From: a virus
IMG/VR virus record: IMGVR_UViG_3300028534_000015
Span: 3-64,002 of that record
Strand: one strand, 5' to 3'
DNA: 64,000 nucleotides
The number at the start of each line of letters is the position of its first letter. Within the stretch, counting starts at the first letter, position 1. Positions 10,113 through 19,532 of this stretch are shown here, piece after piece. The position numbers and the translations under genes are program-made. The notes beneath the pieces are model-generated. The model saw only the letters and a program-made list of their open reading frames with translations. It was not told the DNA's origin and made no database searches.

Positions 10113-10838
10113 CTACTTGGTAATGACAAAATTTGTCATTTCGATAATATCATTTTTACCTATAGTTTCTGCTGACAGCAATCTACCGCCAACAAACTCT
10201 TTATTTTCAAAATCGTTTTCTTCTGCTAACTCAAGATTCACTACTTTAACTAAAACTGTTGCCGGTACGGAAGTTGTCATGTTTGGTTCCATTGCATAAA
10301 TATTGAATGTAAAATCAGAAAATGCTGTATCTGTTTTTAATGCTTTAATATAAACGCCGTCTTCTCTAACAATAACATTATCATTATCCGTCAGATAAAC
10401 AACCCCTTTTTTGTAGTTCTTCATCTCTACCTTAGCTTCTTTTCCTGTGTATATTGTTAATGGATCAATATCTGGTGTTTCTGACTGCGCTGTCTCTGGC
10501 GTCAATGCAATTTTACTTGTATTGCCATTAGTGTACGTTACAACAATAAAACTATCTTCTTGATAGATCTCAGATACACCAGATGAATTTTCAGAAATAC
10601 TTGAAACAAATTCTGTAGAGAAATTTTTTACCTCTTTTATATATAAATAATTAACTGTTAGAGTATCCGTGTTTTTTAAATAAACAGTTTCATTCTGCGG
10701 AACAAAAAGTTTATCACCTTTACTTAAAGGAAACCAATCGACATTGTTTGTTGAATAAAAAATATTATCCTCTGGATATAAGTCAACATTAAATTCAGCT
10801 GTATAATTCAGGATCTCACCTGCTAAAATTTTAACCAT
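10113..10838 (-). CDS. Hypothetical virion (tail-associated) protein
   Basis: 241-aa beta-rich acidic ORF with SD, in tail cluster. Confidence 0.55.
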   Translation of the reverse strand: MVKILAGEILNYTAEFNVDLYPEDNIFYSTNNVDWFPLSKGDKLFVPQNETVYLKNTDTLTVNYLYIKEVKNFSTEFVSSISENSSGVSEIYQEDSFIVVTYTNGNTSKIALTPETAQSETPDIDPLTIYTGKEAKVEMKNYKKGVVYLTDNDNVIVREDGVYIKALKTDTAFSDFTFNIYAMEPNMTTSVPATVLVKVVNLELAEENDFENKEFVGGRLLSAETIGKNDIIEMTNFVITK

Positions 10839-10871
10839 TTTTTTAACCTTTTTGGATTACTTCAATGAAAA

Positions 10872-10901
10872 AGTGTTGAGTAGGTTTCCCTACTCAACAC
10901 T
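10872..10901 (-). terminator. Terminator hairpin at end of 10890..11285
   Basis: agtgttgagtagg/cctactcaacact 13-bp stem. Confidence 0.7.
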
Positions 10902-11285
10902 CACTATCTTAGCTATTTCTTTTTGTCTCATATATAACTTATCTATAAGAGCCTTCATTCCGATAACATCAGCATGTTTATCTGCTAATAATTCTGAATT
11001 AGCGTCCATTTCTGAAAAGTAATCAAGAATCTCTACGGTATCTTCAGGTAAGTTATTCCTTTGTTCGTCAGTAACTAAACTCCATAAAACAGTATTCATC
11101 TTTGCCAAAAGCTGAATCATTTTACTATTGTCTGAAATAGAATCCAACGGGTCGAAAATTTTTTTCTGAATTTTTAACCTTGCTTTTGATTTTTTATCTG
11201 TTAACGCAACATCGCACGGTGGTTTCTCTTTAATAGCTCTTGTCCAGATCCCGTTTGAAAAAATAGGTTCTTCCTTGTATATCAT
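10890..11285 (-). CDS. Small protein, possible tail-fibre assembly chaperone (paralog of 8244..8654)
   Basis: Follows the RCC1-repeat gene; helical similarity to 8244..8654. Confidence 0.5.
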   Translation of the reverse strand: MIYKEEPIFSNGIWTRAIKEKPPCDVALTDKKSKARLKIQKKIFDPLDSISDNSKMIQLLAKMNTVLWSLVTDEQRNNLPEDTVEILDYFSEMDANSELLADKHADVIGMKALIDKLYMRQKEIAKIVSVE

Positions 11286-11305
11286 ATTTTCTTTCCTTTT
11301 TTTTT

Positions 11306-14300
11306 TTAAACTTCTCTATCTTCTGTTGTTAGTCCGATTTGAATTCTAGGTATTGTATTTCCATAAGGAATAACAACGGAGAATTCTAATGTTTCAAATG
11401 ACTCTTCTTCTGTACTATCAGCATATTGTGTTATCATAATGTTTCCATTATCTTTTTCCACAGTTGCCGATATCGGCTCTATTCTTGTGTCATTTATATA
11501 TAAATCTGGCACAACAAAAAGTTCATCAGGAACAGCATCAATATCTTCTTCTAGTTCTATTGTGAAATTAGAATAGAAATTCCTTGATAATGTTCTATCG
11601 CCGTAGAAAGCAGCATCTTCTGAATAATAATTTATCCAAATTTCATCATTCTGTTTAACATAGGAAAAGTTATCTGTATATGTTAAACCATAATGTTTCA
11701 TATTTTCATATGCTTTTGTAAATGTATCAGTACTGTCAGAAATCAAACAATCAGGTCCAGAGAATCTTTCATATGCCCCGCAAACATATAAGTCATTATT
11801 ATCTGTTATTAAAGCACCGAAACCAGCAGCTAAAACTCTAATAGCATTTCCTCCATCATATGCTTCTGTCCATTGAGTTACAGTATCTGTACCTATCCCT
11901 GTTCTTCCTGTTAAGTCTCTTCCTGTTGAGTAAACATTACCTGATTCTGTCAATAACATAGCTGCTTTATCATAAGTACTTACTTCTATAACATTTTGAT
12001 ATGACAACCACCACTCTAATTTGTTTTCATCTGTTCCACCTAAACCAGACCATTCATTTTCAGAGTTACCTGAAAAATAAAGATCACCTGAATCTAGACC
12101 AAACGTAGAAGCGTTACCTATCATAACTTTTTCCATAGCATGACCTGTATCTGTCCAGTTAGTTCTATCGTCTGTATCTCCGACAGCTAATTGTCCGCTA
12201 TAGTTATCACCTCTAGACTGTGTTTTACTATTAAGAATGAATTCGTATTTATAGTCACCGTCTTCTGAAGTTGTATGATACGAATACGTAGTACTAGAAG
12301 AACTACCTAAAATAGTTCCTTCTTCATCAAAATAATAATAATCCGCAATAAATTTATCATTTGTTAGATAACCTAAGTACCTACTTTCAGGCTTTGAAAA
12401 GTTATAAACTCCATCAAATTTAAAAATTTTATCGACAATAGTCATTGCTGATCTTTGTGTTCCGTAGATAGCTACACCGTCTCTTGCCTCAACAACATCA
12501 CTTATGAAAGCGTATTTCTTATCTTCATTATGGGTCCCACAAGTTAATAGAGCTTTTCCTGGTAAAACAAAACCGCCAGGTTGGCACTTTTGGAAAATAT
12601 ATTTATCTTCATAAAAGTCTATTGTGTCTTTAGTTATATTCTTAACTGTATAGAAATTACCATTATTATCAACTAACTTTGTACCGATAAAGAGATCTAC
12701 AAATCTATTATCTATAGCGATATTTGTTGTTGTTGATGTTTTAGATAAATCTATAATATTCATACCGGAAGATTCGATAGAAGAATTTTCATGACCTGTC
12801 CATTCCGGATATGCGTTATCGTTTATAAACAATGTAGAATTTATAAACGATTTTTCTGTGTATAATTCAGAAGGCTCTGAATCAAAATCTTCTGTTGTAA
12901 CTTTATATGTTTCATAAAACTTTTGAACAGGGACAAACTTTTTTAGTTCTGCGTCTGGATCTATTGACACATATTCATTTAGAGCTTTTTGATAAATTTG
13001 TCCGTTTTCTAGGTAAACTAAAATTAGATCGGATGCGAATGTTACTTTAGAAATTTTTGATGGCAAATATACTTCGCCATCATAATCTGTTCCTAAAATA
13101 TTTTCATAAAAATAAAATGATTTTGATTTAGAATATGGTTCGAATTCTGTTATTGTTCCGTTCTTTCTTAAAGATAGATACGTCCAATACCAACTTTCAT
13201 AAATTTTACCGTCTTGATCTAAGTTAGCCCATTTCATACTCCATCTTGTGTCTTTGACAGCTTTAGTATCCGGACCGTTGTAACCTGAATCTATTAAATC
13301 GTTAGAACCACCACTTGAATCCGTACCAGCCCAATAAATATCACCCGTATTAACATCTTCGAAATATAGTCTTGGTTCAGATGTATAAAACGCATACTTT
13401 ACATCATAACCGGTATCGTAAAAAGTATCTCTGTCCTCATCATCATCCTCGATTGCCAACTGCATGTAGTTATTAGCTCCAGACGTGTATAATCTGTTGG
13501 ATGTCGAAATTAAAGCTGTTGAATTGCCATTAGTGTCTACAAATGTAGCTTCTATATCAATTTTTGTCCAATTATCAATAGCGCCAGAAACACCGAGTCC
13601 TGCAGATCCGTTATTGTTAGCTCCTATGTAGTAAGGATAATTATTACTATCGATAAAAAAGTATGATCCATAATGTATAAAGATTTTCTCATCTTTAACA
13701 ACAAACCCAGTGTCTGTAAAAGTCAATACGTCATCTAACGAATCTGTTCCTGCAAGATAGTAACTACCTTGGTATCCTGAAAATAATAACCTATCGTCAA
13801 TATCAATAATAAATGTTGCTGATCCCTGACAAGCTACTTTTTTGACATCAATTCCTAAATAAACGAAATTACTTACTGGATCAGTATGGCCTAAACCTAA
13901 TTCTCCATGCGAATTTAGTCCTTTACCATAAAGTTTATTATCTAAAATACTGAATACCGAACCATTACCGTTAGAATATGTAATTGCATCATAGTTTAAT
14001 CTTGTATTAAGATCATCTTTTTCTATAGAAACAATCTTTCTCCTATTTCCATCTTGATCCAATAAATACTCGCCTGTAACTAAAGAAAATTTAGTATTGT
14101 CAATATTAAAAGTATTAACAGAGTTTTGACTCCCATCTGGAATTAGGTTATCTTTTTCTCTATTGGTTGTTGTAATGTAATTTGTAAATCTATCACAATT
14201 GATAAAATTTTTCATCAATGTTAGGTTATTACCCACTACATCGATTGTAAAATCAGATATAATCGGAAACGATTTTAATAAAATTGAGACTTCAATAATA

Positions 14301-14710
14301 TCGGACTTTACACCTGCTTCATTTTCGGCATAAAAAATAATATTTGCATCAATAGACGATGTGATATTGTTGGAGACTATCTTGAGAATGCCGTTTTCAA
14401 TATCATAACTAAAGTATTGGCTTTCTAATACGTAGTTGTAAGAGTTATTAAAATTATTTATAGGTAAAGATAACTCTGTTTTTTCATAAACCTCATCAGG
14501 AAAAGTTATATCTGGGATTGGGATATCTTCATAAAATTTTGACTCATCTACCCATTTCTGATCATCTGTCCCGTTATTAATTAAAACATAGCATATGTTA
14601 TCTCTTGTTGAGTAAACTCTTTTTCCATCGTACATTGTTGGAAAAATAGTTTCATCTGTTATGGCCAAATCTGTTTTCGTGCATAAATTTAATATCTGAC
14701 TTAAATACAT
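11306..14710 (-). CDS. RCC1/BLIP-II repeat beta-propeller virion protein
   Basis: Repeats LYGKGLNSHGELGLG, YIGANNNGSAGLG, LYTSGANNYMQLA, SRGDNYSGQLAVG, YSTGRDLTGRTGIG in two clusters; Ig-like N-terminal segment. Confidence 0.8.
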   Translation of the reverse strand: MYLSQILNLCTKTDLAITDETIFPTMYDGKRVYSTRDNICYVLINNGTDDQKWVDESKFYEDIPIPDITFPDEVYEKTELSLPINNFNNSYNYVLESQYFSYDIENGILKIVSNNITSSIDANIIFYAENEAGVKSDIIEVSILLKSFPIISDFTIDVVGNNLTLMKNFINCDRFTNYITTTNREKDNLIPDGSQNSVNTFNIDNTKFSLVTGEYLLDQDGNRRKIVSIEKDDLNTRLNYDAITYSNGNGSVFSILDNKLYGKGLNSHGELGLGHTDPVSNFVYLGIDVKKVACQGSATFIIDIDDRLLFSGYQGSYYLAGTDSLDDVLTFTDTGFVVKDEKIFIHYGSYFFIDSNNYPYYIGANNNGSAGLGVSGAIDNWTKIDIEATFVDTNGNSTALISTSNRLYTSGANNYMQLAIEDDDEDRDTFYDTGYDVKYAFYTSEPRLYFEDVNTGDIYWAGTDSSGGSNDLIDSGYNGPDTKAVKDTRWSMKWANLDQDGKIYESWYWTYLSLRKNGTITEFEPYSKSKSFYFYENILGTDYDGEVYLPSKISKVTFASDLILVYLENGQIYQKALNEYVSIDPDAELKKFVPVQKFYETYKVTTEDFDSEPSELYTEKSFINSTLFINDNAYPEWTGHENSSIESSGMNIIDLSKTSTTTNIAIDNRFVDLFIGTKLVDNNGNFYTVKNITKDTIDFYEDKYIFQKCQPGGFVLPGKALLTCGTHNEDKKYAFISDVVEARDGVAIYGTQRSAMTIVDKIFKFDGVYNFSKPESRYLGYLTNDKFIADYYYFDEEGTILGSSSSTTYSYHTTSEDGDYKYEFILNSKTQSRGDNYSGQLAVGDTDDRTNWTDTGHAMEKVMIGNASTFGLDSGDLYFSGNSENEWSGLGGTDENKLEWWLSYQNVIEVSTYDKAAMLLTESGNVYSTGRDLTGRTGIGTDTVTQWTEAYDGGNAIRVLAAGFGALITDNNDLYVCGAYERFSGPDCLISDSTDTFTKAYENMKHYGLTYTDNFSYVKQNDEIWINYYSEDAAFYGDRTLSRNFYSNFTIELEEDIDAVPDELFVVPDLYINDTRIEPISATVEKDNGNIMITQYADSTEEESFETLEFSVVIPYGNTIPRIQIGLTTEDREV

Positions 14711-14711
14711 A

Positions 14712-15506
14712 TTACTTTCCTCCTATTGACCAGTTATTACTATCTTTATTAAATGTCAATGATATCCAAAAATAATCAACATCACAAATTAAATCTTCAG
14801 AGTTGTTATCAATAGTTGAATTCACATCTGATCTAGCAATTTTGATAGGAGCATTAGAAGCATTACCTGATCCGTCTTGGATAAAAATAAAACTATTCGC
14901 ATCAGGATTTTCAGGTAACGTTAATGTATATATGTATTCTTCATTATCGTCATTACTATCTGTTAAAGCAACAACGTTATTTCCTGATACTAAATCATAA
15001 TCTGAACTAACGATTATTGTTTTTAAATCTTTAAATTCTTTTGTTAGTTTATCTAATAAAACAAAAGCATCAAGGTCTGAATTAAACATTAATCTAAAAA
15101 TAGATTCTGTATTCAAGTCATTAGGTTCGAGTACGTCTCCTTTGAATGTTAAAAGATCTTTTGTAACTTCACCTATTGTTACGGTAACTGGTCCTGTATT
15201 GTTACTATCTGTTTTAAAAGAAAAAATCTTACCAGATAAAGTTTCTAACTTAAAGTAATCTAAATAATTACTTTCTAAGGACGATAAAACTAAATTATCT
15301 CCGCCTGTCGCGTTAAAAACTTCTTCAGACGAGTATATTCTCATAGACTTAGTAAAAGCTTTTTCGTTTTCATCATCAAATTCTGGATATATTTTAAGAC
15401 TATTACTTATTGATCCGGTAATTAAGTTCAATTCAGCCGCATAAAACTTTCCGACCGTTCCTGAAGTATCGTCATACTTCGTTTCTATGTCTTTTACTGT
15501 TGACAT
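14712..15506 (-). CDS. Tail/baseplate-associated protein with T4 gp9/gp10-like C-terminal domain
   Basis: TLTLPENP..IFIQDGSGNA...I..S.TID...DLICD..WISLTF...NW pattern. Confidence 0.6.
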   Translation of the reverse strand: MSTVKDIETKYDDTSGTVGKFYAAELNLITGSISNSLKIYPEFDDENEKAFTKSMRIYSSEEVFNATGGDNLVLSSLESNYLDYFKLETLSGKIFSFKTDSNNTGPVTVTIGEVTKDLLTFKGDVLEPNDLNTESIFRLMFNSDLDAFVLLDKLTKEFKDLKTIIVSSDYDLVSGNNVVALTDSNDDNEEYIYTLTLPENPDANSFIFIQDGSGNASNAPIKIARSDVNSTIDNNSEDLICDVDYFWISLTFNKDSNNWSIGGK

Positions 15507-15547
15507 ATTCTATCCTTATGTAAATATTTAATCAATAAAAACACTCA

Positions 15548-15575
15548 CACTTGGATAGCCACGGCTATCCAAGTG
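15548..15575 (-). terminator. Terminator hairpin at end of 15565..16530
   Basis: cacttggatagcc/ggctatccaagtg 13-bp stem. Confidence 0.7.
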
Positions 15576-16530
15576 ATGCAGGTAATGTATATGCAAATGA
15601 CTGTGCTTCTGATCTTGTGGCGTCATATTTTCCATATTGAATAAATGTCCTATATGTCCATTCATCTGTCGATAGATTTGATTTAACTCTAACTTGTATC
15701 ATTCCGTTAGAGTCATATGTCGCTTCTGTATCGTGATATTCTGTATCATCTACGCCATAAACTATTTCGCCGTCTTTAAAAATTTCTATTCTACCAGACG
15801 TAGCATTGTCAGGGATAGTTATCACAACATGAACTTCGTCATCATCATTCCACGTTCCTGTTTTGTTTCCGTCACTATCCGTTTCTTTAGGTACAAAGAA
15901 TGTTGAATGCGATTTAGGAACATAAATAATTTCCGAACTAAAAAGTGTGTTGTCATCATTGGCAAAATGAAACATAGCAGAAACTATAAATGTTTCGTTT
16001 TGTGGTAAAAATACATCTATAAAAATTTCATAAAGGTTATCTGTATCTTCTTTCGATAAGAAATAAACTTTATCCTCAATAAGAGACCTAATCATCCAAG
16101 TTGTTGCTACTAATCCTATAAGTTCAGACTCTCCAACGTTTTCGATTCCAATTTTGAAACATGTGTTAGGTATTTCTTCGTTTGGAAAATCAAAAAATAT
16201 TTTAGGAGGTTGCCTAAGCGCAGGGGGTTCATCAAATGGTTCATAGTTATTATCATCAATGACGGTATCGATACTTGTATTTGTATATGTGAACAAACCA
16301 CGCTTATCTGTGATAATAGCTGCTCTTCCGTAATATGTCTCTCCTACAGTTACTGCTTTGTTGAAAATATGTGTGAACGAAACAAATGGAATTACATCTG
16401 TGGTAACGTAAATGTCTTCAAAATTTTCATCTTTAGCTACCTCAAAAATAATTGATACAATATTTTCATCATCATGTAAAACGATATCCTCTTCTGGAAC
16501 ATTAAGTATCAGCACAATTAAACTCCTCAA
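15565..16530 (-). CDS. Virion protein with Ig/FN3-like folds
   Basis: IIFEVAKDENF..TYYGRA and TWMIR..ETFIVSAMFHF FN3-like strands; upstream start likely GTG/TTG within the ORF. Confidence 0.5.
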   Translation of the reverse strand: MRSLIVLILNVPEEDIVLHDDENIVSIIFEVAKDENFEDIYVTTDVIPFVSFTHIFNKAVTVGETYYGRAAIITDKRGLFTYTNTSIDTVIDDNNYEPFDEPPALRQPPKIFFDFPNEEIPNTCFKIGIENVGESELIGLVATTWMIRSLIEDKVYFLSKEDTDNLYEIFIDVFLPQNETFIVSAMFHFANDDNTLFSSEIIYVPKSHSTFFVPKETDSDGNKTGTWNDDDEVHVVITIPDNATSGRIEIFKDGEIVYGVDDTEYHDTEATYDSNGMIQVRVKSNLSTDEWTYRTFIQYGKYDATRSEAQSFAYTLPASLG

Positions 16531-16954
16531 CCCATTCGAGTTTTATCTCTGAGACAGAAATAATATTATCTGCTTTTGAAATAAACTCTGTAAATGATTC
16601 TATTGGGTCTCCGATAAAAAGTGTTCCTTTTGCTCGTTCTATCAGAGACTTAACATAAAGAATTTGTTTTCTCTTCAATCTATTTTCCAATTCATCGTAG
16701 CTAGACGTCTGTGTTGAGATAATATTCTCTACGACAAAACATAGGTCTGGTACAAGATATTGTTTTTGTAATACAATTAAAAGCCATTCTTCAAAAGTTT
16801 CTTTCGTTGGTTCTGAATCAAATTCTGTCACTGTGATGACATGACCCTTGTCTTCTTCTAGAATAACTTGTGAGAATATAAAATACTCGTTGTTATCTGA
16901 CTTAAGAACTTTCAAGATTTTTGAATTCTTAAGAACGTGTTCTTTGAATGTCAC
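16502..16954 (-). CDS. Hypothetical protein
   Basis: 150-aa ORF, GTG start with AAGGA SD and late-type motif upstream. Confidence 0.6.
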   Translation of the reverse strand: MTFKEHVLKNSKILKVLKSDNNEYFIFSQVILEEDKGHVITVTEFDSEPTKETFEEWLLIVLQKQYLVPDLCFVVENIISTQTSSYDELENRLKRKQILYVKSLIERAKGTLFIGDPIESFTEFISKADNIISVSEIKLEWVEEFNCADT

Positions 16955-17011
16955 GTTGAATCCTTTTTGGTTTATTCAACTAAACTGTCTTGATAAATAT
17001 TTTTATTCTTT

Positions 17012-17140
17012 TCATTCTAAAAGCTTTTTATATTTTTTTGTTTTTTCCTTCTCACCACTAATTGTTAGATTAAAATACTTCATTGGAATATACTTGATGT
17101 CAAAAAATATATTTTTATCAAATTCAACTATTTCTTGCAT
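17012..17140 (-). CDS. Small ORF (42 aa, MQEIVEFDKNIFF...), not in supplied track
   Basis: AGGAG SD 5 nt before ATG at 17140; in-frame TGA at 17012-17014. Confidence 0.45.
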   Translation of the reverse strand: MQEIVEFDKNIFFDIKYIPMKYFNLTISGEKEKTKKYKKLLE

Positions 17141-17158
17141 TTAAACTCCTTTCTATAT

Positions 17159-17451
17159 ACGCGCGTAACACGCGCACCCCCGCGTCGCGTACTAAAGGAA
17201 AATTATATTAATAAATTAATATAATATTTTAATATATTATAATTATTATTAAATAATATAAATTATATATAATATTAATTAAAGAAAAGAAAGAGATAGA
17301 AGGGGTATATATATACTACGTATATATATACCCCTTCTATCTCCAAAGAAAAGAAAGAAAAAAATAAAAAAATTTATTTTTTTCTATTATTTGAGTTGAT
17401 TGTGAATTTTCTTCCCTCGCGCGCACGCGCTCGCACGTGTGTTACGCGCGT
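17159..17451. other. Origin-like non-coding element: GC-rich inverted repeats enclosing an AT tract and a 24-bp-arm hairpin
   Basis: acgcgcgtaacac (17159-17171)/gtgttacgcgcgt (17439-17451); near-pure AT at about 17190-17285; gagatagaaggggtatatatatac (17293-17316)-tac-gtatatatataccccttctatctc (17320-17343). Confidence 0.5.
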
Positions 17452-17929
17452 CTTATAGTAAGCGAAGTTTTGAAAGTTTGAAAAATGACGAAATCTAACC
17501 TGTGGGAAATTCACTAGGATAACTTCTGTCAAGAAGCATGTGTAAAAACGTTTAGGATGTTGAAAAGTGATTTTGATTTGTTTTTGACATATGACAGAAA
17601 ACGCAGATCCAACAAGTGATAGTTTTTCTCACAGGTTAGATTAGATCATAAAACGGATCGAGAAATTCACTTTTAAATTTTTGAGAGAGAAATAGTGAAA
17701 AAATGAGCATGGTTTAAAATCGTCTATTTGGCTATGAAGTATTCCAGGTATGTATTTGTACTTAAAATTTGTTTTAGGGTGTTTTTAGAGCATTCTAGAA
17801 GGGATACAGGTAATTTTTTGATTGGTGTGTGAAATAAGATAGAGATTCAGATATCTGAAGTGGTTTGAAATATGATTTCTTATGGTGCTAAAAATATGAT
17901 TTAAATTTTTTTTTACAAAAAAGTATTTT

Positions 17930-18525
17930 ATATGACGTAAATAGTTTTATATAAATTTCATACCATCTACTCCGATCAAAGGTATTAGATTTAAAGTTTC
18001 TATTTACGTCCGTCATGCGTTTGTACTACTTATACATGACGGATATTTAAAAAACTTTTAATATTTACCGATGCGTTACGGTAGTACTTGAAAATTATGT
18101 ATCGTGACGTACTTGGTCATTATTTTGAGATATATATGTAAATCCATATTTTTTTGATTGTCTTGTGCGATCCTAAACTCTCTTTGTCTTTTGCTTACAG
18201 TCTTTTGGTTTTATATATCTCAACTAGAGCTATCCGTTCTCTGTACTAAACTTGCTGTTAAAAACATAGTATATTTACTTATACTGTTATTAGTGGCGGT
18301 TTAGTATAATAGCTCATAAACACGTCAGACCTACGATACCTGTACGTGAACAATCTATTCCAATGCTACACTATTTTTTGAAGCCATCCTCCTTTCTTGA
18401 CGATACGCGTGCTTTACACATGTCAAACGTGTGGTGTATGAGATTTTGTGTGGAATCTCATAATTGGTTAGACATAAGTGATCCTTTACTCTTAGTAGTG
18501 TCCATTTAGGACACTACTAAGAAGT
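17930..18525 (+). ncRNA. Candidate large structured non-coding RNA (family not recognised)
   Basis: No ORF of 60 aa or more; many nested stems (see findings); G-U wobbles in the 3' part favour the + strand. Confidence 0.35.
18491..18521. terminator. Strong hairpin closing the non-coding region
   Basis: cttagtagtgtcc/ggacactactaag 13-bp stem. Confidence 0.6.
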
Positions 18526-18546
18526 TTAACTTAAAAAAAAAATAAA

Positions 18547-18567
18547 CTATGAGGAAGAACCTCATAG
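18547..18567 (-). terminator. Terminator of 18562..19455
   Basis: ctatgagg/cctcatag stem followed by a U-rich run on the minus strand. Confidence 0.7.
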
Positions 18568-19455
18568 CAGACCCGCTTTGTAAACATGTGTTTCTTTTAA
18601 CAGATCAATCGGATTGTCTATACTAAAACAAGAAGGTCTTTGTGTTAAAAGACCTTCTTCGTCTAATAGTTCCAATAACGGTTCTAATTTTGGATTTCTG
18701 CGCTTTAATATACTTTCCTGTACTTTATGTGTTCTAGATAACATACTTAAAGATGCCAAATTATCTTTATAGAACATTTCATTAAACTTATCAGCTCCAT
18801 AGAAATAACCATAAAGTAATACAAGTTTTTCTGGACTTACATCGATCTTTCTCGGATTAACTTTGTTAAACATCTTTTTAGTATGATCAACGATAATAGA
18901 TGTCATTATAAGACTATTTGAGTTTCTTACTCTTGAGTAAATAAAAATGCCTGCGATACTCGCAGGGAATGATAGTCTTTGACTTGAAGATACTTTTAGA
19001 AAGTATCTAAATTCTTCTTGTGTCGCTGTCTTTAAGAAATCAACAATTTTATTAGATGCTTCCAATAAACCGTTCTGATGATCTATAGCTGTAGTCCAGT
19101 TCGGTTCTTTGATAATGTCTTTATTATCATAAAGAACTATCGTTAGAGCTATGTCAATTTCAGATGTATTTTTAAATTCGTCATATAAGACATGGAACTT
19201 CCCTATTCTTCTACTCATCATACGCCAGATATAAAAAGTTTTTAAGTCTCTTTCTACCTTATTATAACATAACCATTTTTCACTACTCTTTAATAGAAAC
19301 AGTGTCATTTCTTTAATACCGTTTCTTAGTGACATAGTTTTAAGTCCTTTTTCCGCTTTCTTTTTTGACATTAAGTTACCAACAACGTATGTACTTAACC
19401 ATACTGTCTTAAAAACAAAATTAAATCCGTATTTATTAATATATTTTTGTAGCAT
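18562..19455 (-). CDS. Hypothetical early protein
   Basis: 297-aa ORF with AGGAG SD; no recognised motif. Confidence 0.7.
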   Translation of the reverse strand: MLQKYINKYGFNFVFKTVWLSTYVVGNLMSKKKAEKGLKTMSLRNGIKEMTLFLLKSSEKWLCYNKVERDLKTFYIWRMMSRRIGKFHVLYDEFKNTSEIDIALTIVLYDNKDIIKEPNWTTAIDHQNGLLEASNKIVDFLKTATQEEFRYFLKVSSSQRLSFPASIAGIFIYSRVRNSNSLIMTSIIVDHTKKMFNKVNPRKIDVSPEKLVLLYGYFYGADKFNEMFYKDNLASLSMLSRTHKVQESILKRRNPKLEPLLELLDEEGLLTQRPSCFSIDNPIDLLKETHVYKAGLL

Positions 19456-19532
19456 TTTTATCTCCTTTAATTAGTAATAGAATCCATGCTATTATTCTAT
19501 TTTTATATAAATCTCGTAAGAGACGCCTTTAA

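Noticed and set aside
17156-17343. Resemblance of tatacgcgcgta and the TATA-rich hairpin to protelomerase (N15 telRL-like) sites
   Set aside because: The large hairpin has an asymmetric 3-nt centre, the CGCGCG segment is not embedded in a long palindrome, and no protelomerase gene is visible
17145-18560. tRNA or tmRNA genes in the large intergenic region
   Set aside because: No T-loop GTTCGA/D-loop pattern or CCA-ending acceptor stem found on either strand
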